From: a bacterium
GTDB taxonomy: Bacteria > Patescibacteriota > Minisyncoccia > Phycocordibacterales > Phycocordibacteraceae
Assembly (NCBI GenBank): GCA_037200965.1
Contig: JBBCGK010000001.1
Coordinates: 608,001 to 672,000 of the forward strand
Length of the DNA stretch: 64,000 nucleotides
Reading direction: 5' to 3'
How positions within the stretch are numbered: position 1 is the stretch's first letter; the number at the start of each line of letters is the position of its first letter. The notes under the pieces are model-generated. The model was given only the letters and a program-made list of their open reading frames with translations. It ran no database searches and was not told where the DNA came from. Below are positions 9,601-20,439 of the stretch, piece by piece. The position numbers were made by a program, and so were the translations under genes.

Positions 9601-11109
9601 TTACCGTGCAAACTCCACCACCCTGTTCTCCCGTATGATATTTATCTTTATTTCCCCCGGGTACTTGAGCTCTTCCTGGATACGCTTGGAGATATCCTTG
9701 GCGAGCCGGTGCATGGCGAGATCGGTAATCTTGCCCGGGTTCACGAACACGCGTATTTCGCGTCCGGCTTGTATGGCATAGACTTTCTCGACGCCTTCGA
9801 AGCCCCCCGCGATGCGCTCGAGTTCTCCGAGGCGCTCGAGATAGCGCTCTACCGTGTCCCTTCTCGCGCCGGGGCGTCCGCCGGATACTGCATCCGCCAC
9901 CTGGACGATGATCGATTCCGGCGTTTCATACGGATATTCCTCATGGTGCGACTGCATGGCTTGTATCACGCGCTTGTCGACGCCGAATTTCTCGAGAAGG
10001 CGGCGACCGATCTCCACGTGCGTGCCCTGCACTTCGTGGTCGACGGCCTTGCCGATGTCGTGGAGAAGGGCACCCGTTCGCGCGACGGCCGCGTCGGCCC
10101 CGAGCTCGGTCGCAAGCATCGAGGCGAGATGCGCCATTTCGACCGAGTGCGTGAGAACGTTCTGTCCGTAGCTTGTACGGAAATGGAGGCGGCCGAGAAG
10201 CGCGATGAGCTTAGGGTCAAGTCCGACGACCCCCGCTTCATACGCGGCCTTCTCGCCCTCCTGCTTCACTATCTCGGCGACTTCCGCCCGGGTCTTCTCG
10301 ACAGCCTCTTCTATCTTCGCGGGTTGGATGCGCCCGTCAGCGATAAGCTTCTCAAGCGCGATCTTCGCTATGTGGCGGCGCAGCGGATCGAAAGAGGAGA
10401 GGGTGATCTTATCCGGCGCATCGTCGATAAGGACATCGACGCCCGTCGCCCGCTCGAAGGCTTTTATATTGCGGCCTTCCTTGCCGATGATCTTGCCTTT
10501 CATCTCTTCTGAGGGGATGGTGACGGCAAGGCTCATCACCTCCGCGTTTACGGCATTCCCGAGGCGGTGTATTGCGGCAATCAGGATGCTGCGTGCCTTT
10601 TCCTCGAGCCGCTCGCGGCCGTGCGCTTCGAGCTTCTGGATGCGCGTAAGAATGGCCTCCTCCTGCCCGCTCTCTACCTCTTTTATCAAAGCCTCGCGCG
10701 CGTCCTTTTCCGTGAGGTGGCCAGCGCGTTCGAGTTCTTTGGTGCGTTTCTTTGAAAGTTCGTCGGCGACTTCCATCGCATTCTCGGCCTCGCGCTCGCG
10801 CTCGCGAACGTCTTCCGTCGCGGTATCGAGGTCGCGCTGGCGCTCGTCGAGGAATTCTTCTTTCTTCGCAAGCCGTTCCTCGCGTTCCCGGAGGGGATCG
10901 AGCATTTCGGTCTCAAGGGCCTCGGCCCTGGCCTGCGCCTCTTCGAGCACCTTCGCGGCCGCTTCCTTGGCGGCGAGGATCCGCTGCTTGATTTCCAATT
11001 CCAAAGAGCCCCGCTGTGAGAGCGAGACGAGGACGCGGAGCACGTAGCCGAACGCGATTCCCGCGACGCCCGAGAGCGCGAGCAGGGTGAGGATGATCTT
11101 GAGAGACAT
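9601..11109 (-). CDS. rny: ribonuclease Y
   Basis: N-terminal TM helix, coiled-coil, KH domain, HD domain LLHDIGKAVDHE. Confidence 0.85.
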   Translation of the reverse strand: MSLKIILTLLALSGVAGIAFGYVLRVLVSLSQRGSLELEIKQRILAAKEAAAKVLEEAQARAEALETEMLDPLREREERLAKKEEFLDERQRDLDTATEDVREREREAENAMEVADELSKKRTKELERAGHLTEKDAREALIKEVESGQEEAILTRIQKLEAHGRERLEEKARSILIAAIHRLGNAVNAEVMSLAVTIPSEEMKGKIIGKEGRNIKAFERATGVDVLIDDAPDKITLSSFDPLRRHIAKIALEKLIADGRIQPAKIEEAVEKTRAEVAEIVKQEGEKAAYEAGVVGLDPKLIALLGRLHFRTSYGQNVLTHSVEMAHLASMLATELGADAAVARTGALLHDIGKAVDHEVQGTHVEIGRRLLEKFGVDKRVIQAMQSHHEEYPYETPESIIVQVADAVSGGRPGARRDTVERYLERLGELERIAGGFEGVEKVYAIQAGREIRVFVNPGKITDLAMHRLAKDISKRIQEELKYPGEIKINIIRENRVVEFAR

Positions 11110-11309
11110 ATGCGGGTTATTAAACCCGCCGCCCCGAGGTCAAAGTGTTCTGTCGGAACGGTTTCAAAAATCCGGAATACACGGCGTACTTTGGTCGGGA
11201 GGGCAGGGGAGCGATCGGATAAGGTCGTTCAGGCGGGTCGGTACGGTCGCACTGTACTATAAAAGGTGGGAAGGGGCAAAAACCATGAAAAAGAGCTATA
11301 CTCATTTTC

Positions 11310-12059
11310 ATGAAATCTCCGGGCATGGAAAGCCGGGAAGTCCCTCCGAAAATCCTTTTCAAGGTTACTCTCATGCGGCATGAGAAGCCGTATTACAAGG
11401 ACGAAGGCCATGATCTGACGCCAGAAGGGGTCGAGCGCGCGGTGGAGACAGGAAAGCAGATGCGGGAACAGGGAACGGTAAGCGACGAGGATGAGATATA
11501 TCTCGTGCATTCGCCCCAGCCGCGCGCGAAAGGTACGCTCGAATTCGTCGCGCAAGGAGCGGGTTTGGAAGGAAAGCCTATGGTGAGCAGCAACCAGCTC
11601 CGCAAGAGCGACTTTCTGGATATGGACGCGTTTTTGGCGCGGGTAGCGGAACTCGGCCATGACCAGGAAAAGATAGCGCAAGACCACTACACGCACCCGA
11701 TGCATGCGGAAGGTTCCGTGATCGTCGAGCCGCATGCGCACAAGAAGGAAAGGCTGTATCGCGCATTCGAATATCTTCTCAAGTGGTTCGAGAGCCATCC
11801 GGCAGAAGGGAAGACCGCGCACGTCATCGCGGTATCCCATTTCGAGATCATTACCCACCTAATCGATGACGTCTTCGGTATGGAAAACATCGGAAGATAT
11901 AATGCGCCGAGTTTCGGCGAGGCAGTCCAGATCGAAGCCCGGCCGACTGCGGAAAGCAACCGGGTGCTCCTGAAGGTTACTTTTGACGGGAAAACCAAGG
12001 ATGTTTATTTCGACCGGGCCGCCCGTTCCATCGTTATCGACGGCCAGGCCGCCTCCTAA
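11310..12059 (+). CDS. histidine phosphatase superfamily protein (phosphoglycerate-mutase-like)
   Basis: LMRHEKP RHG-like motif near the N-terminus; ~250 aa. Confidence 0.45.
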   Translation: MKSPGMESREVPPKILFKVTLMRHEKPYYKDEGHDLTPEGVERAVETGKQMREQGTVSDEDEIYLVHSPQPRAKGTLEFVAQGAGLEGKPMVSSNQLRKSDFLDMDAFLARVAELGHDQEKIAQDHYTHPMHAEGSVIVEPHAHKKERLYRAFEYLLKWFESHPAEGKTAHVIAVSHFEIITHLIDDVFGMENIGRYNAPSFGEAVQIEARPTAESNRVLLKVTFDGKTKDVYFDRAARSIVIDGQAAS

Positions 12060-12069
12060 GCTTACCGCT

Positions 12070-13092
12070 ATGAGCTATTCGCAAAGACCGCTTATCGAAG
12101 CCTTCAAGCGGGGCGAAGTTCCTGGTGAAAGCACGGTCCCGAAGCATATAGAAACGGTCATCTCGAATGTCTTCCTGTTTCCCGAGCGCGTGTATAAGGT
12201 CTATAAGGATGACAACGAGTTCTTCAACAAGAATTTCAGGGACATCTCGGCCAAAGAGGCACGCTTTTCGTTTACCAGAAAGGACTTCGTCTGGAATTCC
12301 ACGTTAAGCCCTTCAATCTACCTTGAGCTCAAAGGAGCCGCGGTAGCAGGGGCTTCCATGCAGCTTGCCGAGCCTGGCGACAGCGCCGAAGAGCTTGTGT
12401 TCCTGATGAACCGAATCGACTCGAAAGATATCTTATTCGAGAAGCTCTCTCGCGGGGAAGTATCGGTCGCAGATGCTTATGCGATCGGCGGTCAGCTTGC
12501 GGGGAACTTGGCCAAAGTTCGCACCAGGGCGATAACCGGCCTCAACTATTTCGAGATATTCGAACGGGAGATACGCGATGTGCGCGAATGGATACAGGGA
12601 GTGTCCGAGTACATTCCCGAAGAAGAGTGGAAGAAATACTGTGATTTCATGGAAGAATTCAGGCAGACAAACCGCGCGTGGCATGAAGGTGAGCTTAGCG
12701 AACAGCTTGCCTATTCGGGCGACGCCCATAGCCATAATGCCGTTTTCTCAAACGGGGCGCTGTACCTGATGGACACGTATGCTCCGAAAGAGGAATGGAT
12801 GGTGGCGCACAATCTCATTCCTTTCTACCGGATCGGCGCAGACTTATGGGCGCTCGGCAGCAAGGAGCTGTTCGACTCGTATGCCCGTGGCTATGAAGCG
12901 GCTCTTGAAACCACCCTCGACCCCCGCCTGCAGGCTCCCTTCATTATCTATGCGGCATCCATCATGGTCTCCTATCTATACATGCTCCAAAAGACGGATA
13001 CTGACAAGAAAGAGGCTGCAAAGAAATATCATGAATTCATACAGAGGTATTACAAAGAGATTACCAATCCAGACGCACAGATTACGGTTTAG
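12070..13092 (+). CDS. kinase-like phosphotransferase (APH/choline-kinase fold)
   Basis: Brenner-type motif SGDAHSHNAVF then LMDT; start ATG 12070 (MSYSQRP...), 11 nt after the upstream stop. Confidence 0.4.
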   Translation: MSYSQRPLIEAFKRGEVPGESTVPKHIETVISNVFLFPERVYKVYKDDNEFFNKNFRDISAKEARFSFTRKDFVWNSTLSPSIYLELKGAAVAGASMQLAEPGDSAEELVFLMNRIDSKDILFEKLSRGEVSVADAYAIGGQLAGNLAKVRTRAITGLNYFEIFEREIRDVREWIQGVSEYIPEEEWKKYCDFMEEFRQTNRAWHEGELSEQLAYSGDAHSHNAVFSNGALYLMDTYAPKEEWMVAHNLIPFYRIGADLWALGSKELFDSYARGYEAALETTLDPRLQAPFIIYAASIMVSYLYMLQKTDTDKKEAAKKYHEFIQRYYKEITNPDAQITV

Positions 13093-13095
13093 AGG

Positions 13096-13140
13096 CGCCG
13101 AAGGGAAAGGGAAACGCCCCGGCAAAACCGGGGCGTTTCC
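13096..13140. terminator. bidirectional terminator: perfect 20-bp-stem palindrome between convergent genes
   Basis: gggaaagggaaacgccccgg-caaaa-ccggggcgtttccctttccc. Confidence 0.6.
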
Positions 13141-13157
13141 CTTTCCCTCGATAAAAC

Positions 13158-13766
13158 CTATTTCCCCTTATACACCTGGTCAACGATCCCGTATTTCTTC
13201 GCCTCGTCGGCGGTCATGAAGAAGTCGCGCTCGACGTCCTTCTCGATCTTTTCAAGCGGCTGCCCGGTGTTCGCGGCGAGCATCTTGTTGAGGCTCGAAC
13301 GAAGCTTGAGTATCTGCTTCGCGGTGATCTCGATGTCGGTCGCCTGGCCTTCGGCGCCTCCCGAGGGCTGATGGATCATCACTTCCGCGTTCGGAAGCGC
13401 GAAGCGCTTGCCCTTCTTCCCGGCCGAGAGAAGTATCGCGCCGCCGGATGCCGCCATGCCGACGCATACGGTCGAGACGTCAGGCTTGATGTGATTCATG
13501 GTATCGACCATGGCAAGCGTTGCCGTGACCGAGCCGCCGGGGGAGTTTATATAGAGCTGGATATCCTTCTTCGGGTCTTCCGACTCGAGAAAGAGCATCT
13601 GCGCGATAACGAGGTTCGCAGTATCGTTGTCGATGCCGCCGCCAAGGAAAATGATGCGCTCGCGAAGGAGACGCGAGAAGATATCGTATGCGCGCTCGCC
13701 GAACTGCGATTTCTCGATGACCATCGGAACGAGCATGGATGCGCTCGGAGTGCTGTGTTTTTGCAT
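13158..13766 (-). CDS. clpP: ATP-dependent Clp protease proteolytic subunit
   Basis: Catalytic Ser context [10 protein letters not shown]; His and Asp regions conserved; 202 aa. Confidence 0.9.
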   Translation of the reverse strand: MQKHSTPSASMLVPMVIEKSQFGERAYDIFSRLLRERIIFLGGGIDNDTANLVIAQMLFLESEDPKKDIQLYINSPGGSVTATLAMVDTMNHIKPDVSTVCVGMAASGGAILLSAGKKGKRFALPNAEVMIHQPSGGAEGQATDIEITAKQILKLRSSLNKMLAANTGQPLEKIEKDVERDFFMTADEAKKYGIVDQVYKGK

Positions 13767-13779
13767 GATAGTTTCTTGG

Positions 13780-13986
13780 TTACTCGGATACGGTCGTGGT
13801 GCCGACCGGGAGCGGCGCCTGGCGCTCGGCTATCTTCTTTCCCCAGGCATAGAAGGCTCCCACGACGACGATCGCCACGATGACGACGATGGCGATAAGT
13901 GCGCCATAGGACGTCTGCTTTTCGGTGCGGACGGGTTCAACAGTTGCCGGCGTCTCCCGGCTTGGCACGGGTTCGTTGGGTTCCAT
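13780..13986 (-). CDS. small membrane protein
   Basis: 68 aa with a single TM segment [20 protein letters not shown]. Confidence 0.3.
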   Translation of the reverse strand: MEPNEPVPSRETPATVEPVRTEKQTSYGALIAIVVIVAIVVVGAFYAWGKKIAERQAPLPVGTTTVSE

Positions 13987-14009
13987 GCGAAGAGTATAGC
14001 AAACCGCCG

Positions 14010-14597
14010 CTATGCTTCGAGTTTCGGTTTATATTCCTTGTCGTAGCGCTCGATGCTTTCGTGTACGACCGTTTGAGCGTTCGCGACGTCGAGGAACTCT
14101 CCGACCGCGCCGGTTCCGGGCTTTTTGAGCGCCTTATAATTCTCCCAATAGTATTTCGTTTCCGTCTTGAAGTACTCCCCGAGATCCTCGACCGTCTTTA
14201 TGTGGTCGGCGCGCCGGTCGCTTGCGAGGACGGCGATGATCTTGTCATCCACCTCGCCGCCGTCGACGAACTTCATCGCCCCGATGATGCGGGCCTCGAC
14301 GAGCGATCCCGGCACCAAAGGCTCCGTAACGTTCACGATCTCCACGTCGAGAGGATCGTTATCAAGATCCCAGGTCTGCGGGATCGCCCCGTACGTGAAG
14401 GGATAGGCAAGGGAGGAATAACCGACGCGGTCGAGCTTGAGCTGTCCCGATTCCGTGATGAGTTCGTACTTGTTGATCGAGCCGGACGAGACTTCCACGA
14501 TTACGTTGACGATGCCTTTCTCCTCATCCGCAAACGCAGGAAGCGCGTGCAGGAGGTTCAGCATGTACCTTGAGGGTTTTTGATCGATGTTTGCCAT
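14010..14597 (-). CDS. ppa: inorganic pyrophosphatase (family I)
   Basis: DxDxD-containing signature DLDNDPLDVEIV...; start may be ATG at 14564. Confidence 0.8.
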   Translation of the reverse strand: MANIDQKPSRYMLNLLHALPAFADEEKGIVNVIVEVSSGSINKYELITESGQLKLDRVGYSSLAYPFTYGAIPQTWDLDNDPLDVEIVNVTEPLVPGSLVEARIIGAMKFVDGGEVDDKIIAVLASDRRADHIKTVEDLGEYFKTETKYYWENYKALKKPGTGAVGEFLDVANAQTVVHESIERYDKEYKPKLEA

Positions 14598-14620
14598 ACG
14601 TTTCAGTATACGCTGTGCGG

Positions 14621-16036
14621 CTATTCATCCGACGCTTTCACGTCGCGCGCTTCCTCGGCGTCGGCCTTGGAGCCGTTGTCGGTGATCGCGGTCTCGTCCG
14701 CGACCGTAAGGCTCGAAGCCTCCGGATCGTCCTCATTGATGACCGACTCGCTTTCTGAAGGCTTGAGCCCTATCTCGGCGGACGGGTCCTCGGTCGGCAC
14801 ATGTGCCCGCTCGAGGCTTTCCTTAAGCGCGGCCCGGTCCGCCTTCTCGTCCCGTACGTTCGCAATGGAGATGCTCTCGCCGTCGGAGCCCGCGACGCTC
14901 GCGCCCCCGGTCGAGATGATGTCGATGTTCCAGCCCGTGAGCTTGGCGGCGAGGCGTACGTTCTGTCCGCCGCGGCCGATCGCAAGCGACTGCTGGTCCT
15001 CGCTCACCGTCACGATCGCGCGGTGGTCGGCCTCGTTAAGCTTCACCTCGATAGCTTCGGCGGGGGAGAGGGACTCCTTTATATAGGAGGCCTGGTCCTC
15101 GCTCCACTCGATGATGTCGATGCGCTCGCCTCCGAGTTCCGACATCACGGTAGAGACGCGGACGCCTCGTTGTCCGACAAGGGAGCCGACCGGATCGACG
15201 TGCGCCTCGGTCGAGGCGACGGCGATCTTCGTGCGGCTGCCCGCTTCACGCGCGAGTCCCTTCACTTCGATCGCGCCCGAAGCAAGTTCCGGAGCTTCCA
15301 TCTCGAAGAGCTTCAAGAGGAATTTCGGATGCGAGCGGGAAAGACGCAGGTATACGCCGCGGAATCCCTCGTCGACGGCGTAGAGATACGCGCGGATACG
15401 CTCTCCCGGGCGGAAGCGCTCGCCGGGAATTTGCTCCTCGTACGGGATGATGCCGGTCGCGCGACCGAGGTCGACGAAGACCGCGCCGCGCTCGACGCGC
15501 TGCGCAATGCCGGAAACGATCTCTCCTTTCTTGTGCCCGAACTCCTCCATGATGGAGATCTTTTCCGCTTCGCGGATCTTCTGTATCACCACCTGCTTCG
15601 CGGTCTGTGCCGCGATGCGGCCGAAGTCGTCCTGCGGCTCGAGCGGGAAGACGATCTCCTCGCCAAGCGCCGCGTCGCGCTTGATGCGCTTCGCGTCCTC
15701 AAGAAGCATGTGCTTCTCCGCATCAAAGCGGGGAAGTTCGCCTTCGGCCACCTGTTCCTCTTCATGAAAATGTCCGTGATCGGATTCCGGCGCGGCTTCT
15801 TCGCCGTCTTCGGGAAAACGCACCATCGAAGCGTCGACGATGGTCTTTACCTGCTCGAAGGACACGGTGCCAGTGTCAAGCGAAAGCTTGGCGCGCACGA
15901 CCTGGCCACGCTTGCCGTATTCCTTCTTGTACGCGGTTGCCATGGCGACTTCGATCGCGTCGATCATGGTCGCTTTGGAGATGCCGCGCTCTTCGAATTC
16001 CGTGAAAACCGAATTGATCGTCTTGAGATCCAACAT
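14621..16036 (-). CDS. nusA: transcription termination/antitermination factor NusA
   Basis: N-terminal domain, S1 and KH domains, acidic C-terminal tail. Confidence 0.9.
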   Translation of the reverse strand: MLDLKTINSVFTEFEERGISKATMIDAIEVAMATAYKKEYGKRGQVVRAKLSLDTGTVSFEQVKTIVDASMVRFPEDGEEAAPESDHGHFHEEEQVAEGELPRFDAEKHMLLEDAKRIKRDAALGEEIVFPLEPQDDFGRIAAQTAKQVVIQKIREAEKISIMEEFGHKKGEIVSGIAQRVERGAVFVDLGRATGIIPYEEQIPGERFRPGERIRAYLYAVDEGFRGVYLRLSRSHPKFLLKLFEMEAPELASGAIEVKGLAREAGSRTKIAVASTEAHVDPVGSLVGQRGVRVSTVMSELGGERIDIIEWSEDQASYIKESLSPAEAIEVKLNEADHRAIVTVSEDQQSLAIGRGGQNVRLAAKLTGWNIDIISTGGASVAGSDGESISIANVRDEKADRAALKESLERAHVPTEDPSAEIGLKPSESESVINEDDPEASSLTVADETAITDNGSKADAEEARDVKASDE

Positions 16037-16205
16037 ATATAGGGGGTGTTATAGGGTGTGTAGTAGCGTTTTCCAAAACGGAAGCCCGCTTCCGCGGGCT
16101 TCCGTAACGGTCGTGCTGTACGGAAAAGATAGCACGGACGGGGAGCGCGCGTCAAACTATATACCGCCGCCAGTGCATGCTTCGCCTGTTGACGAAAGAG
16201 CTACT

Positions 16206-16499
16206 ATGGCTATAATGGCTCGTATGACCAAAACGCTCATCAATGAAAATATGATCGACGCGCGGGAGGCGAAGAATAACTTCGGCGCGCTTATCGACGC
16301 CGCGCAGCGCCGCCCTATCATCATCCGCAAGCACGGGCGCAAGGTCGCCGTCATGCTCTCGCCGGAGGAATTCGCGCTTTTCGAGCGCATGGAGGACATC
16401 GTGTGGGGAAAGAAGGCGATGGCGGCACTCAAAAAGAACGATTTTCTCGGTCCGGCCGCGTCCAAACGCGTTCTCGACAAGTACCGCAATGCGGCTTGA
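16206..16499 (+). CDS. Phd/YefM-family antitoxin
   Basis: MTKTLINENMIDAREAKNNFGALIDAA...RPIIIRKHGRKVAVMLSPEEF; overlaps the downstream toxin by 11 nt. Confidence 0.6.
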   Translation: MAIMARMTKTLINENMIDAREAKNNFGALIDAAQRRPIIIRKHGRKVAVMLSPEEFALFERMEDIVWGKKAMAALKKNDFLGPAASKRVLDKYRNAA

Positions 16500-16758
16500 G
16501 CTTTCCAAAGCATTAGACCGTTTCCTCGCCCGCATTCCGAAGAAACACGCGGGCCAAATTACCCGTAAGATCGACGAGTTGCTGATCAATCCCTATCCCA
16601 TAGACAGCAAGCTCCTGTCCGGCATCCCTCTGTATCGCGTCGATGTAGGCGAATACCGGATAGCGTACCGCGCGTATACGACTATGCTCGTCGTGGTTCT
16701 TGTTGGTAAGCGAAACGACGGCGATGTTTACCGCCGCCTGGCGAGGATGTTCCGTTAG
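16489..16758 (+). CDS. RelE/ParE-family toxin
   Basis: 89 aa with the ...YRVDVGEYRIAYRAY... RelE/ParE fold signature. Confidence 0.65.
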   Translation: MRLELSKALDRFLARIPKKHAGQITRKIDELLINPYPIDSKLLSGIPLYRVDVGEYRIAYRAYTTMLVVVLVGKRNDGDVYRRLARMFR

Positions 16759-16775
16759 CTTTTCATTTTTAGCGC

Positions 16776-18557
16776 ATGAAACCGGAAGTTTCCGCGTTAT
16801 ACTTCCTATACACAGACATGCACGTACCGGAACAACAGCTTACGCAATTCATCATCGATTCGGGGCTGGTATCCCGGAAGGATGTTGATAATGCGCACGC
16901 GGAAGCGAGGGAGCGCGGCCGATCCGTCGGCGATGTTCTCGTCCTTCGCGGGCATCTTTCCGAAGACGACCTGCGGCGTACCGCGTCCTATGTCCTTGGT
17001 ATCCCGTTCGTTCAGTTCGCCGGGAAACAGATCCCTCCCGATATTCTTCTGCTTATTCCCGAGCCCGTCGCCCGGGCGCATAACGTCATAGCGCTTGATG
17101 CGGACGAGAGCGGTATCGAAGTCGCCCTTCTCGACATCGACGACCTTGCGTCGCTTGACGCGCTCCGGGAGAAGACCGGGCGCGCCATCCGCCCCCGCCT
17201 TACGGACACCGGATCGATCCGCTCCGCGCTTATGCAATACCAGAAGGCTCTTCAGAAAGAGTTCGGCGCGATCATCTCCACCGAATCGAATCTGCTCGAC
17301 GCTGCCGGTCTTGTCGAAGGCGCCTCTAGGGAAGAAATAACGCGTTTGGCGGAAGACCCCTCGATCGCGCGCATCGTCGATGCGCTTTTGCGCCACGCGA
17401 TCGTGCAAAACGCGTCTGACGTGCATGTCGAACCGGCGGAAGGAGGAACGCTCGTCCGCTACCGCATCGACGGCGCTCTCCATGACGCCATGTCCCTTCC
17501 GGGAAACATCGCTCCGCGCATCATCGCCCGCATCAAGCTGCTTGCCGCGCTCGATCTTCACGAACGGCGCCTGCCGCAGGACGGACGGTTCAGGATGGAG
17601 ACGGAAAAAGATACGACATCGTTTCGCGTATCGACGCTCCAGACGGACCGCGGCGAGAAGCTCGTGCTGCGCCTCCTTCGCGAAACCGCCGAAGGATTTA
17701 CGCTCGAGACGCTCGGTTTCCACGGAGAGGGGCTTGAGCATCTACACAAGGCGCTCCGGGAACGAAGCGGGCTTATTCTCGTCGCGGGGCCTTCCGGTTC
17801 GGGCAGGACGACCACGCTCTATACGCTTCTCGACATACTGAACGCGCCGGAACGGAGCATCGCGACCATAGAAGAGCGCGTCGAATACCGGATGAAGCGC
17901 GTGAGCCAGACGCAAGTGGACGTGTCGGCAGGATTCGGCTTCGCAAACGGCCTGCGCGCGATCCTTCGCCAGGATCCCGATGTCGTCATGGTAGGCGACA
18001 TAGGGGATGCCGAGACCGCCGCGCTTGCGATAAGCGCGGCGCTATCCGGACGCCTCGTGCTCGGGGCGATATCGGCCGGGAGCGCCGCAGCGGCCATCTC
18101 CCGCCTCATAGCTGTGGGGGCGGATCCGTCCTCGCTTGCCGCTTCCCTTAAGGCAGTGATCGCCCAGCGGCTTGCGCGCCGGTTGTGTGATGAGAAAGAA
18201 ACGTACGTTTTGAATACAAAAGAGCGGGCGCCGGTTGCTCCGGAAGAGAGCTTCCGCGCCGCACTCGGAGCACTTCAGGAAGAGAGGGTCGCGAAGAGCG
18301 GTGTTTTTCTCGACACCGTCCCGTTTCCCCGCGCGAAGCCGTCTGCCGAGTGTATGGACGGGTTTAAGGGGTACGTCGGCCTTCAGGAAATCCTTCCCGT
18401 ATCTTCCGCAATCCGTGATCTCATTGTTCGCGAAGGAACGAACGAGGAGATAGAAGGACAAGCCGTAAGAGAAGGCATGCTCATGCTTTTTGAAGACGGT
18501 CTGTATAAGGTGATGCGGGGGATGACGAGCCTCGAGGAAGTGGCGGGTACGATATAG
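16776..18557 (+). CDS. pilB: type IV pilus assembly / type II secretion ATPase (PilB/GspE family)
   Basis: Walker A GPSGSGRTTT, Asp and His boxes, N-terminal GSPII-type domain. Confidence 0.85.
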   Translation: MKPEVSALYFLYTDMHVPEQQLTQFIIDSGLVSRKDVDNAHAEARERGRSVGDVLVLRGHLSEDDLRRTASYVLGIPFVQFAGKQIPPDILLLIPEPVARAHNVIALDADESGIEVALLDIDDLASLDALREKTGRAIRPRLTDTGSIRSALMQYQKALQKEFGAIISTESNLLDAAGLVEGASREEITRLAEDPSIARIVDALLRHAIVQNASDVHVEPAEGGTLVRYRIDGALHDAMSLPGNIAPRIIARIKLLAALDLHERRLPQDGRFRMETEKDTTSFRVSTLQTDRGEKLVLRLLRETAEGFTLETLGFHGEGLEHLHKALRERSGLILVAGPSGSGRTTTLYTLLDILNAPERSIATIEERVEYRMKRVSQTQVDVSAGFGFANGLRAILRQDPDVVMVGDIGDAETAALAISAALSGRLVLGAISAGSAAAAISRLIAVGADPSSLAASLKAVIAQRLARRLCDEKETYVLNTKERAPVAPEESFRAALGALQEERVAKSGVFLDTVPFPRAKPSAECMDGFKGYVGLQEILPVSSAIRDLIVREGTNEEIEGQAVREGMLMLFEDGLYKVMRGMTSLEEVAGTI

Positions 18558-18565
18558 TTATAGGC

Positions 18566-19423
18566 ATGAAGGAGGGAATGCCTGGTACCGGTAAGAACAC
18601 CCAGTCGCAATCGGAGCCGGAAAGGATCGATCGGCGGGTATTTCTTCGCGGCGTTCTTGCTGGCGGCGCTGCGGTGGCCGCAGGCCCGCTTGCTCCTCAG
18701 GAAGCGCAAGCGTCGACAGCGCAAGAGATCCACGAAGGGATGAAAAACGTCGCGGAACTCGAGACGGAAAACGCGAAATACAAGATCGTCTATTCGCTGC
18801 ATAACATCCCCACCAATCCCGGCGTGCTGGAAAGAAGCGACGCCTTGGTGCTTGAAATGACCGACATCAACGATGGGGAGATAGCAAAATCTGAGGTTAC
18901 TACGCATATGAACGGACATTCGGGGGCTAGCGGCAAATTGCAGTATCAGGACGTACTACCCACCGCTCTTGATCGAGGGATGCCGGTATATTTTGCAGAT
19001 GCGATGGGTTTTTCCGAAGAAGCGGTCTTCAGCGAAATGATTAAACGAGAGGTTATCACTCAAGCTGAAGGAACGGTGGGTATAGGAGCGTTGGTTGGTG
19101 GGGCCATCTCCCTTAAGAAGAATCAAAGCAGACCGGATAGAAGGAAGTTGCTGGGCGGCATCGCCGGGTTGACGAGCGGAATTTGGCTCAATATGCCAAG
19201 AGCGGAAAATCTCGTGCAACGAGCGCTGTATGCGGACAACACGCGGGAACCGGAAGAGGGCTCGCTCTACCGGACGATCGATAAGAAATTGACTGATGCG
19301 AATTACCATCTCCATCCCGAAACCCGTACCAAGGTCCGCGATGTTCGTAATACGCTCATAGCCCAAAAAGCGGAGAAACTCGGCAAATGGCTGACGGCAA
19401 AGCTCGACAAGAAACCGACCTAA
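18566..19423 (+). CDS. Tat-signal secreted protein, function unknown
   Basis: Twin-arginine motif DRRVFLRGVLAGGAAVAA followed by an AQAS cleavage-like site. Confidence 0.5.
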   Translation: MKEGMPGTGKNTQSQSEPERIDRRVFLRGVLAGGAAVAAGPLAPQEAQASTAQEIHEGMKNVAELETENAKYKIVYSLHNIPTNPGVLERSDALVLEMTDINDGEIAKSEVTTHMNGHSGASGKLQYQDVLPTALDRGMPVYFADAMGFSEEAVFSEMIKREVITQAEGTVGIGALVGGAISLKKNQSRPDRRKLLGGIAGLTSGIWLNMPRAENLVQRALYADNTREPEEGSLYRTIDKKLTDANYHLHPETRTKVRDVRNTLIAQKAEKLGKWLTAKLDKKPT

Positions 19424-19639
19424 CACTTCTCATCGGGGGTGCGCATACGAGGATCGAGCGGGAGCTTGCGCGAACCGAAGAAGAAAGAGTGGAGGAATTG
19501 AAGAACATCCTCGGTCCATCGTTTAAGGCACAAGGCGCGGTCGTGAAGGTCTGGAAAGAGAACGGCCGCCTACAAAGCAAAGTCTTTACCGACGAAGCGT
19601 TCGAATAGGCCGTTTCTCGTGCCTGCTATACTTGAGTAT

Positions 19640-20383
19640 ATGCTCATCGTCGCGAACTGGAAGGCGTATGTGGCGAGCGAAGAGAAGGCGAGGAAGCTCT
19701 TCACGCTCGCGAAACGGCTCGCGAAACAGCCGAAGATAAAGATCGCGCTCGCCCCGCCCGCTCCGTACCTGGGGCTTTTCGCAAGTTTCAAAAAGTCGAA
19801 AATTTGGCTTGCCGCGCAGGATGTCTCGGAGGCGACTGGCGGGGCCGAAACCGGGGAGGTTCCCGCCCAGTTTCTTTCGGGCCTGGGCGTTTCATACGTG
19901 ATAATCGGGCACTCGGAACGGAGGGCGAGGGGCGAAACGCTCGAAGCGGTCGCCGTAAAGATGCAGCGGGCAAGCGCACAGGGATTAAAGCCGATTCTTT
20001 GCATCGGAGAAAAGGAGCGGGATCATAACGCGGCGTATCTCGCGCTTCTTCGCCAGCAGATCACCAGCGCGCTCGAGCCGCTTACCCAAAAAGAGCGCAT
20101 GAGCGTTACGATCGCGTACGAGCCCGTATGGGCCATAGGAAAATCCGCGGCTGACGCCATCACGCCGCCCGATCTGCATGAAATGGTGCTCTATATACGG
20201 AAAGTCTTGGCCGATCTCGTCCCCGGACGCGCCAACGCGCGCATTCCTATTCTCTACGGCGGTTCGGCGGAAGCGGGGAATATCCGGCTTCTTGCGGCCG
20301 GCAGCGGTATCGACGGATTCCTGGTCGGCCATGCTTCAGCCGATCCGGAGATGTTTTCGGAGTTGGTAAGAGCATTAGCATAG
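19640..20383 (+). CDS. tpiA: triosephosphate isomerase
   Basis: ANWK, IIGHSERR and GGS motifs; the ORF-track start 19619 is a GTG, ATG at 19640. Confidence 0.85.
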   Translation: MLIVANWKAYVASEEKARKLFTLAKRLAKQPKIKIALAPPAPYLGLFASFKKSKIWLAAQDVSEATGGAETGEVPAQFLSGLGVSYVIIGHSERRARGETLEAVAVKMQRASAQGLKPILCIGEKERDHNAAYLALLRQQITSALEPLTQKERMSVTIAYEPVWAIGKSAADAITPPDLHEMVLYIRKVLADLVPGRANARIPILYGGSAEAGNIRLLAAGSGIDGFLVGHASADPEMFSELVRALA

Positions 20384-20439
20384 TAAGTTCATATAAAAAG
20401 TAACGGTGCACCGGCCAGAAGCCAGCACACCGTTAGAAG

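Noticed and set aside
9709-11047. Long antisense ORFs overlapping rny (9709..10512, 10205..11047). Similar ones overlap nusA (14801..16042), recJ (32498..34009, 32923..33891), fusA (52475..54799) and tuf (54793..56337)
   Set aside because: They are high-GC antisense artefacts with low-complexity R/A/S-rich translations. The opposite strand holds strongly conserved housekeeping genes.
19387-19608. 73-aa ORF overlapping the end of the Tat-secreted protein gene
   Set aside because: A weak SD exists (GGAGA), but the 37-nt overlap and lack of similarity make it unconvincing. It is left unannotated.
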